Shown piece by piece: positions 22,392 to 32,838 of a stretch of 64,000 nucleotides of DNA (position 1 is the first letter of the stretch; each line of letters opens with the position of its first letter). The notes below the pieces were generated by a model, which saw nothing but the letters and a program-made list of their open reading frames with translations, had not been told where the DNA came from and ran no database searches. Made by a program: the position numbers and the translations under genes. This DNA is from Tubulanus polymorphus. Lineage: Eukaryota > Animalia > Nemertea. The stretch lies in contig NC_134026.1 of NCBI RefSeq assembly GCF_964204645.1, positions 4,301,950 to 4,365,949 on the forward strand, read 5' to 3'.

Positions 22392-25300
22392 ATGAAGTCA
22401 CAAATTCTGTTCAAATATGCTGTTCGTTGGTACACAGTGGCTTTCATAATCACAATAGCGAGTAAGTAAGCACCGCCGAAAGTGTATTTTTTCCCATACA
22501 TGATGTAGATGTTGATTTTGTTTCTAAGTACTGATATGTAAGATGAAATTGGCAGATCTCAGACATTCACATATCCAATCGCTGACGTTTTTTTAGTACT
22601 ACGTATTTTGAAAAAAACCGTGTTTTGCATTTTTGTTTTGCAAACTAAATAAACTGAACATTTCTGTAATATTCGAGTCTTAAACCATTAAACCCTTTCA
22701 TTCCCGATGATATACGTACTTCATGAAAAAAAGTATTCTCCTGAAAACAACGAAGTTAAGACCCAATTAAACAGATTTCGCTTTTTTTCTAAAACATTTT
22801 CATCGAAACCATCGAACCTAGGCAATGTTGACAACGGTGGGAATGAAGGAATGTACAAATCTGTGTACAAAACAACCTAACAAAATTAAAGGCGTCAATC
22901 TAAAGCAATATGTCGGTGTATTTACTTTCATTAAGTTCCAAAAGCAGTGCTCTATAACAAGCAATGCACATGCACCAACTTATAAAGGAATGAGGTGAAG
23001 CAGTCATTATGTTTTACATAAACCCGATTCGCACTTGCTGCCTAAACTAGCGTAACAAGATGTACCTTCCTGTATAGAGTTAAAACGTCCATATAAAGTT
23101 CATTTGACGCAGTGAATAATAGAAAAGCTTGCAGGCAGTGAAAAATAGTGCATTGGCAAGATTGACAAATAGTTTATATGCCACAGAAAATGTTAATTGT
23201 TTTCTAATGTTGTTCACGGAAAACACCCATAATATGATACTACCCCTGGCAAGCAGCTAGAATATATTTGAGAATTTCCCATTGAAATCTATGATAATAC
23301 TATTTCAATAAATGTAGTTCATTGGCCAATTCTATCACGAATGATGATGCAGATGTACGTGGATAAACATACGTTTCACATGATTGATTTTGTGCTCTCG
23401 GGGAAGCCGAAATGATCGGTCATTTATTTAAAACAAATCCATTACAGATAGCTGGAAAATAGTTCTTTGTGTTAACCAACAACGCTGGGGATGAAAGGGT
23501 TAGGTCAACATCTCATGTACCCTCGTAACACACGATGCTTCTAAAAAACTGAAAAAGAGATTTTCGCTAAATTTCGTGTGTTTTTCTCGAAAAAAAAGAA
23601 AAATGAAGGTGAAATTAAAATACCAGACAACTGCATAGATTTATCAGTCTCTTGCGTGTTTACGCTGATCGAACCAATTATACTAACTGGTCATTTTGAC
23701 GAATGAGCGTGCCTCATCAATTCAAATCTTACCACGCAATTGTTTCATCACATCCACAGAATTTCAGCAAATTGTCATTGTCAAGGTGAATCTAGTCATT
23801 TCACCGCGTGGTTTTATACGTCTGCATTCTTGAATCAATCAATCGCTCAATATCAACACGATACTATCAATTTTCAATTGTATATTAACGCCCCTTCGAA
23901 CAATATTCCGAATTGATCATGATTTTTCGTACTATCATACGATTTTATTTTCAAATAAGATGATGTTATGAAGCGTGATAGAATATTTGTATATCATAGA
24001 AAAGTAAACTCGACTTTTATAGGGTTGTATGCTTACATACGTAATGCAATATCTAATTTCCAGTCGCTCGATCGAAAGCTCATACGTATCATCTCGAGTC
24101 GGCGTTATACTGTACTGGTCCTCTCATCTCGCCGGACGTTCAAGCGACAACGCTTTCGTCCTGTAAACACGGTTGTGATATACGGTCCGAGTGCTTCGGT
24201 TTCTCGTGGGACGGCAACGGCATGGGACGAAAGTGTTACATAATGCAAGAGAGTTGTTCATCCGGGTATTATTACGTCGATGGCTCGTCTCACGAGTATC
24301 GAATTCGACGAGGTAAAACTGAAACAATCTTCTAATCACCGAGATGAATACTGCATTGAATATCGCGTAAACAGGAATGTTAATATATGAACAACAATCT
24401 TTTTAGAAATTGATGGTTACAAATTGCATGAAAACGTTGATTGTCCTTATGACTACATCAACACGACCTTAGCTGTAAGCCGGGAACGATGTAAGCTAAT
24501 GTGTGACACAAATGACGACTGCCGGGCATTTTCCTACGCGATCAATCCTACGTTGGCCCCTGATCCAGTTTTCAAGTGCATTTTGAAGGGAAAACCGTGT
24601 TCAAATCGCACCTATTCGGCTACAACAGATCTGTACTATGAGAAACTAGGTTCGTTCTTACTTTCAAATAATATAAACTATAAATTACAATAAACGAGAA
24701 AAGATAACTCGCAATGTAACAAATTTCCATTCATATTCGAAAATATTCAATTCTTTTTAAATATTGAGAGTACCTTAGATATATATCTCAGATCTTTATT
24801 TACAAAGAAATTATAACAAGTTATACAAATTATACAGTGGATGTACATTCAGAATATGAAATAATAATATCCCAATGAAGCAAATTGCTTGTTACACATG
24901 TAGAATGTAATTGAGAGGCTCTCGGGAATACCACAGGTTCAGGTCTTTGACTCACAGTATCCTTTCTACGTACACAGAATTACCAGGTAAACTTGATGGT
25001 TATGTTCTGAAAGCAGGGATCGCTTGCAAAAATGTTACACCAGCCAGCACATCAGTAATTACCCTGGCGAATTGTAAAGACCTCTGCGACAGGGATATAA
25101 AGTGCGCTCAGATGTCTTATGCGAGTGATAATGACAAATGCAACATGTACAGAAACGTATGTATCCTAGTTATCGGTCTGGGAACAACATACAGCTATAT
25201 CAAGAAAGGTAATATATTGACCCATTATTCATTTAAATTTGCAAAATAATTCAACATTTTTTGCCATTTTCATTAATGTCTTTGTAATTCTAATTATCAA

Positions 25301-28300
25301 ATTCCCTTCTATTAAGCAATGCCCGGCTATATCGTGCACGAATCGTCGAATTGCCATCAGGCACCGGGGCAGACGTTTACGAATTTGAATTTGAACTCGT
25401 GTCGTGATGCGTGCGACCGCCAATCGGATTGCATCACGTTCGTTTACGACGTCGCAAACTTCACGTGTAGACTTCAAAATAAAACATGCATCGATGCAAA
25501 ATCAGCAGCAAAATACGACCTTTCATATAGCAAACTGCGTAGGTTTATCGAAGACATGATATGAAACATGTTTCCACCATGTGTGCTTTCTTACCATCTG
25601 AGATGCCCTAAAATAAAGGCTTCTGTGTTGTACTATTATTTCGCATGTATATATTTCTACTGCAGATCTACCTGGTTATATAATGAAATCGGGTTTGACT
25701 TGTCATGGTACGAATTTCACGACATATTCCCGCGCCACGCTGCAGGACTGCGTGAAACTATGCTCTACCAATACAACATGCCGATCGTTCGTTTACAAGG
25801 ATAATCTCACGTGCCTCGTACCCACAGAGGCTGCCTGTCCGTACAACGATCTCAGAGCTAGTGAAAATTCTCATTTCTATATGAAATTTAGTAAATATGT
25901 TCTTCAACCGACATTTATTTGAAAAGAATTGCTGATAGCGTTTATTGTGTACATAGTTGAAGTTTAAGTTGTAATTGTCAACATTTTCTTCTGATTTTGA
26001 ATTGAACTCATTCTAGAATTCAAGAGTTATTACGCATACGAAAGAAAATCCTGTCAGAACAGCGACAAGCGGTTGAAACGTGCCTCAAACCTGACAATAT
26101 TCGAATGCAAAACCTCGTGCGAAGAAAGTCACCAGTGTCTGAGTTTCAATTTCTATGAAAATTTCACTTGTTCACTGTTGACCGGATGCAATACGAGTGA
26201 CCTGCGAGTGACCGGTGTTGATGGTATACCACCATCTCACCATTTCGAGAAGATTGGTAAGATACTATTTCTTTCGACATATGGCCACAGGGGTCTTAGT
26301 TGAAGCTCGGGGGGGGGGGGGGTAATAAGTAGCTTAGATCCTCCAATATTCTGGCAACTATATGAATAAACAGCTGGAATATTTGAGGATAAGCTACTAT
26401 CTACTCCAGGCTTCAACAACGAGCCCCTGTGCACAAGGTGATAACCTGTAACCAAAGATATTCCTAATTTCGCTATTTCAAAAGCAGTACACACATGATG
26501 ATTAGCACATTCTCGTTGATATCTTGATACGTGCGTCACAAATAGGATATAAACCGATCTATCTTCGTTTAAGCTGTTAGCATTTATTATGATTACGTTT
26601 TGATTTGAGATACTTTGTCTCTATGCTACGATTTGAAGAATAATTTCATTTTTATGTCGTTTGCATTTCATCTACGTTTTCGAACCCTTTTGAAAGTTGA
26701 CGTGTTGATTAATAAGTGATGTACATACCACTTAATGGCCGAAAGCTTTCAAGCCATGTCAATGATATTTGACTTCTAATGGCACGAATGTTGAATCGAT
26801 GAGATATGATGGATTAAATGAGATTCGCTCCGCTGCACCACCACGAAATTCCTTCATTAATATGTAATAATTTGTCTAGCTTACGTTAGGTGATTCATTA
26901 TCCAAAAAGCTCCTTCTTCAACATGAAGTGAAACCTGTTCATTTTGATAACGCCATATTAAAACCATTCATTGAGTAATCATAGACTGCTGCATATAGAA
27001 AATTTTAATTCCATCGTTGATTTATTTCTTAGCTATAGCTGGCTATTTCTTGAAAGAAAGAGCGTATTGTCAGTCGACTTCGATACCGACGCAGAAATCG
27101 TTGTACGATTGTCAGCGTGAATGCGGTTTGAGGGAAAGCAACTGCTTGTATTTTCTTTTCGACGGCGGAAATGGGTCTTGTTTGACGGGAAGCGAGTTTG
27201 ACAGTCCATGTCACGGCGATCCATCCGATATCTGGAATTTTTACATCAAAAAAGGTATTACCAGTTTAGAACACTGTGAAATGAATGTTTAATCTGGATC
27301 CAGTTCCACGGTTCTGAGTTAGAGTTAAAATTAGTTCAATTTCAATGACTTAATTCTTAGTCAAATCTGAACTCACAACTGTGGAAATGGGTCCTGGTGT
27401 TCAGATCACTAATCAATGCACAACGAATAGTCGAATTTCCCTTATTAATGTATACAATGTGTAAAATCGCTGTTACAACCTATGTATTGTCCGTGCACAA
27501 ATCTTTCAGAGATCGCTGGATACTTCATCAAACAGTCAACCATTTGCACCGGTATGCATTTCAAGAAAGAGCCAGTAACGCCTTCAGAATGCAGGGAAGA
27601 ATGCGACGCGAAGGCCTCGTGCCCGGGTTTCACATTCACTAGTGGATTTAGCTGCATGATAAACACCGAAAGCTGCGTGTCAATGTATTCGAACACGACG
27701 AGCGATTTTTACATGAAATTAGGTAAAGACGTCCGGAATAAAAAAGGTCGTTTTCATCGAGCTTCTTTTGAAAATAGCTGCCCTTTTTGCTCGACGATTT
27801 ACCTGGGACATTAAATTTCGAAGTAAAACCAATGTCCCGAGTAAAAGTAATGTCCCAAGTAAATCGCAATGCGATGTCGAATCGGAAATGAATGAAAAAG
27901 CACTTATAGATATGCTAAAAATTAACTGATGCAATTTTTTCAGACGTAGAAAACTATTACGTTATACCGAATCGAAAATGTATGGATAAAGGCGAGAATA
28001 CGACGACCGCGTCGGGTTCATTGCAGCATTGTAGCACGGTGTTGTGCGATAAGAACTGTAAGATGTTCACCTACGACGCCGACAACGCGACATGCACCTA
28101 CGGCGAAAGAAAACGCTGCGTTAACTACGACCAGTTCGTTCTGTCCCCGGGACATTTTCATTACGAAAAATTAAGTAAGGACAATCGTCGGTGAAATAGT
28201 AATGTCCGTGTTGTGGCGATAGAGAATCCCAGTTGAGTCTGCACGCAGCAACTATAGAAACCCCTTATCGCTTCCGTAGAAATGATACGGAATCAATATC

Positions 28301-28695
28301 TTAAACAAAAAAACATTCGCATCTACTGATGATAGTATTGCTTATCGTTATTGTACGGTCATCATTACTATTTGAAATAACCCCAGAATAATTCTAAGAG
28401 ATGAATTTGGACAGTTTGAATACGAGTCAGTGTCGATTTACTGCAAATATTTCGTTTCCTTCCAGAAATGAGCAAATACAATGATGGCCAGTTGATAGCA
28501 GCGACTTGCTCGGGTAAAACAGTATCCTCCGTAAGCCCGGTGACATTGCGAGACTGTTCTCTAACATGTGATAGTACCGCTGGTTGTAACGTATTTACAT
28601 TCACCCGTGATACATTGAACTGCAGTTTTCTAGAAACATGTCAGCAATCTGATGACGCGACGAATACGTACTTATACATACGAAGTAAGCTTTAA
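22392..28695 (+). CDS. Uncharacterised secreted protein (about 791 aa): signal peptide plus ten tandem six-Cys PAN/apple-like domains, one per exon
   Basis: Signal exon 22392-22461 (MKSQILFKYAVRWYTVAFIITIA). Domain exons 24064-24312, 24407-24649, 24978-25208, 25317-25538, 25666-25890, 26017-26256, 27033-27254, 27510-27722, 27944-28174 and 28466-28695; internal exons are all phase 1-1 and multiples of 3. Each carries a C-x3-C-x5-C-xx-F-x-(Y/F)...C-type core with small spacing variation. AATAAA at about 28917. Confidence 0.85.
22693..23499. mobile_element. Degenerate piggyBac-like non-autonomous element in intron 1 of the PAN gene
   Basis: TAAA|CCCTTTCATTCCC ... GGGGATGAAAGGG|TTAG: CCCT-type termini with TTAA-like flanks. 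Confidence 0.5.
26286..26431. mobile_element. MITE (CACAGGGG family) with a poly-G run
   Basis: CACAGGGGTCTTAGTTGAAGC ... GCTTCAACAACGAGCCCCTGTG; internal arms AGTAGCTTAGATCCTCCAATATTC / GAATATTTGAGGATAAGCTACT. Confidence 0.7.
27297..27393. mobile_element. Harbinger-like MITE with CTG TSD in a PAN-gene intron
   Basis: CTG|GATCCAGTTCCACGGTTCTGAGTT ... AACTCACAACTGTGGAAATGGGTC|CTG. Confidence 0.7.
27795..27866. repeat. Short inverted-repeat element
   Basis: CGATTTACCTGGGACATT ... AATGTCCCAAGTAAATCG, with an internal duplication of AATGTCCC(G/A)AGTAAA. Confidence 0.5.
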
Positions 28696-29169
28696 CTTTT
28701 TTCTGAATATGAGCCAGTCGCCAAGTGGTCGCCCTCGACGTGCAGCTAATAGTCCAATTTCTCAACGAAAACACTTTAAATTGTTCGAATACTTTGATTA
28801 ACTGTATATTAAGTATGCATATTTAGTAAATTGCAAATTAAGTGGATGTTTCTAAACGTTATCGGCGATGCTGTTATGGTAAGTAGGCGTAAGTATGATT
28901 CATTTTTAAACGTCGAATAAAAGTAGCAATATATGTGTACCGTATGTGCGCGTTAACAATATCGAACAACGAAATACAGTGTTGTTGCAAGATATTTCGA
29001 ACGAATCCGGGCCGATATCGAATCAATATCATCGATGAGATATTATTCAAATGTATTTACCAATATTGAAACACATTCATATCTTTACGATAAATACCGG
29101 TACACATTTTTACAATGATACAAACACAATATGTAACATAGCACATTACATCATCGACAGTTTAAAGAC

Positions 29170-31460
29170 CACAGTTCGGGACGCAATTGAAACTATTGTC
29201 AAACGCAATTAGCCGCGTAATTAGAAACCGTATGGGACACTAATTAGTCCAACAATGTGTAAACAATTACAAATCATATGTAATTAACATCAGAGAATGC
29301 AGCAACGTGCCCAAGTACACACATGACTAGCCTTATTGGTCTAAAATTGTTAGTGATTGTTCGGGAAATGATGACAAGATAACAGGAGATAATATTTTGT
29401 ATGCGGGATAATTGAGTATGATTAATGAGGTCAGATCTTTTATTGGCCGGCTAATTTGGTACTTTGCGTTCATTAAGCTTTTCATACCATTTTCAGGAAA
29501 TCGCAGTGCTGATTTTAGCACGCTTAAATCATTATTCGGTTTTTCGTCCAATTCCTTGCCCCGACCTCAAAAATTAAGATTCGTGGCCCCGGTTCATAAA
29601 ATGGCTATCCATTTGAAGGGTAAGATAATTCTTCTCCGTTCCATTCCAAATGCATCCAAACATTAATCAAATAACCCTATTAAGATTGGTCTGTGTTGAA
29701 ATACACTTCAATAGCGAGTTCTTGCAATTTGACGAGTACTGTGCACTGTGTATAAAACATCACATGCACCGAAAAGATACCCAGCGACAAAACACTTCAA
29801 ACACGAATTTCATAATGGATATTCATTCTCTGATCTTGGTTTATTGCCAATAACGACATATTCTATTTCAGTTTTATTCCCTCGCCTCCATAAATCGAGC
29901 ATCACTGGACAAATCACGCGCATATTCGAAGTGACGTTTAATCGCTTTAACGGTATCTATTTCAGAATTGACCGCGAACTTGAACCTTTCACGTTACCCT
30001 GGCGACTTTAATAGTCGTACACGAGATAATTTATGTTCAGTTTAATTACTTCAGTGAGAATTACCGCCTCTATGTTGTTGTTTATTGTCTATACGCCAGC
30101 AGTCGGCTGGTCGCGCTGGCCGTGTCGCCATCGGCGAAGTGAGGCGCATTTTTACATTCTGCAGCACAATACACGACCCGCATGAAACGACCTAAGCTGA
30201 TGTATATGATGATCCCACGAAGAATGAACGAGCCTCGAATGAGACAATTCGCATTTATTATCTCCCCATTGAAAAAAAAATCCAATGACAGAAATGATGT
30301 GCGCTATTATTTGATAAAAGATTACTTGCGCTCGTTATGTGTAATTATTTGGAATTACATATTTATCATCTCAAGCCCTAATAACCGGTTACAAATGAGA
30401 TTAATTCTATGCATCTTTGTTACAGTAGATTACGTTAAGGCTTTCTGATTTGTTCTAATAATTTACGTGAAAAAAAATTTGTTAAATTATCACCGATTCG
30501 ACAAACTAAGCCCGGAAAAACTCTCTTTTTCGAAGGGATTTGCTGATGTTGTCGTGATGTTAAATTTAGTACCAATATTCGGGAACGCCGTGCAGAAATC
30601 ATTTTAAAACGTAACGGTTACTTCCCATTAATATAGAGAGAATCCAACAATAATAGTTTTATCGTGGAATTCTCTATATATTATCGTCATAACACGGATA
30701 TAGTGTTTCATCAATCGTGGTTATACTTCCCATCGCTAGTGACATAAACGAACGAACTGTCCGCTCATTTCTACTGATTTTCTAATTCAATCTATAAGGC
30801 TAAAAAAAAATTGATACCTTGTTTCTCCGCTCTGCTGAGCTTAAATGTTGACCCGGCCGGCCGCCTATCTACCCTATACATTACTTTTTTTGAAATCGTG
30901 ATCAATTTAACCATAACAGACCCGGCCGCTATAGAAATGAACTGTTAATAAATTTTATCATATTTTACAAAAATGACCCGGCTGCTGCGGAGAAACAAGG
31001 TATCATTTTTGTTTAGCCTAAAACCAATCGTTTTACCTCGGTTTATCTATTTTACCTCGGTCATCATAATTCACCAGACTCATACTTGGATGTAACGTAT
31101 ATACGTGTTACTACGGGTATTAATTTAATTTACTTCAACAAAAGAATTACGAATCAACCGGTGTTACGGGGAGAGACAATCATTGACGAGCCAATTTAGT
31201 GCACATGCATCGCTGTGCCTTGTTTGCGGTATATTCCCGCATCTGCTAACCATCGTCACGTTTGCCCAACTGCTCGCCTATTCATTGTGTCGAACCCGTT
31301 TCATCGTTTGATTCGAGCACGCGCCCATAGAAAACTCGATCTCTCGATTGACCCGGTATCTGATGAGCATGACTGTCATTTACTTCCATAACTATACTGC
31401 CAATTAATTCAATTAATCCTATTCATTTGGTGCCAGGGCGGCAATTATAGTCTTTTAGAT
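29170..31460. promoter_or_regulatory. Putative repo upstream enhancer region (Gcm-type and homeodomain sites)
   Basis: ACCCGCAT at 30176-30183, ATGCGGGA at 29401-29408 and TCCCGCAT at 31235-31242; clusters of CAATTA/TAATTA at about 29206-29287 and 31401-31447. Confidence 0.45.
30798..31018. mobile_element. Tourist/PIF-Harbinger-type MITE, TAA TSD, inverted copy of 16679-16898
   Basis: TAA|GGCTAAAAAAAAATTGATACCTTGTTTCTCC ... GGAGAAACAAGGTATCATTTTTGTTTAGCC|TAA; interior is the reverse complement of the NDC1 intron copy with few differences. Confidence 0.9.
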
Positions 31461-31942
31461 AAGTATTTGCATAAATGGTGTGATCTTCAGTGATCGTCCC
31501 GAACGTCAGTGCAAATTTCGGGCCACGTTTTTCAATTGGAATCACGATTCAGACGACGACAGACGTGTTTTCACTGCTTATAGCAAAATAATCCTGACAC
31601 CGATTTGGACATTAACATTTTCATCGGTAAGTATTTCACTTTTAGTAGCTTTAACTGTCACTGAACTAAATACATATATATGCCGAGAAAGTAGAGATAT
31701 TTTTGATATTACAATGTAGAAAACTTTTTTCTTCATTTTCTATCTATAAATCGGTGACTTTGTTTGTTCGTTTTATACAAACGAGAACAAAATAATGAAT
31801 TTCAATAGAAATTAGTTGTTACGGAAATTATTTCAAAGTATTTCAAGATTTCATATTTTCCTGGTCCTATAGTTGATGAGTGGAGTAATGAAATTTTAAA
31901 TTATTTCAAAATAAATCATATGTATATATATATATATATATA

Positions 31943-32069
31943 CAATATCCAAAATAGTATCCAAAAACAAACCGAACAGGGGGTTTTCAAATGGAGTTCG
32001 TTTCAAAACAGATAAGATATACCGTCCTCTGTTTTCTTCGGTATTAATTTGTTATTCTAGAAACACAAT

Positions 32070-32139
<70 letters not shown>

Positions 32140-32266
32140 ATTGTGTTTCTAGAATAACAAATTAATACCGAAGAAAACAGAGGACGGTATATCTTATCTG
32201 TTTTGAAACGAACTCCATTTGAAAACCCCCTGTTCGGTTTGTTTTTGGATACTATTTTGGATATTG
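31943..32266. repeat. Perfect 324-bp palindrome centred on a (TA)n microsatellite
   Basis: The ~130-bp arm CAATATCCAAAATAG...CACAATCCTT is followed by (TA)n and then its exact reverse complement ...ACTATTTTGGATATTG. A further (TA)n lies at 31923-31942. Confidence 0.95.
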
Positions 32267-32838
32267 GCTATTTCAACTAAGGGCAAAGTCTCTGTTTTTC
32301 ATCAGGGTTACAAAAATCTAGTTTATAAGGTTAGCAGTTCAGCCAGAATATAATGACGCAGACAGGGAAAACTGACAAAACACTCTTTGCGTCATCGCGT
32401 CAAAAATACACGCGAACAAGGATGGACGAAAGGAAACAACACATCAGGAAAACCCTGTCGATTTTCCATGATTATGTGGTGGTTCAAAATTGAAATGAAA
32501 TTGCACCAATTTCTATAAAAAGAAACAGTCGACAACCATCATCATTATACATTTTTTCGATTCTATTCATACTAATTTTCCAACAAAACTATCTCTGCGA
32601 ATTAATTGGCTGAAATATTATAATTGCCCATATCTGAAAACAGATTAGATACACAGTTAGATCAATTGAGTCTAATTTCAAACACGAATTGTTTAATTCC
32701 TAATAATCATCACGTCATTCTACAGTGGCGCATAATTATAATCATTTTTCAACTGTTAGACGTAACGAAGTAATTTACAGGGACTCGTTATATGGAATTC
32801 AGTTTTTCAACGTTTCTTATTTACTTATTTGTAGAAAG

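Noticed and set aside
23795-23820. CACGCGGTGAA on the minus strand, resembling miR-124
   Set aside because: The seed AAGGCAC is absent and there is no convincing hairpin.
29193-29260. TATTGTCAAACGCAATT, resembling miR-219
   Set aside because: The seed differs from TGATTGTCC and no good precursor hairpin forms.
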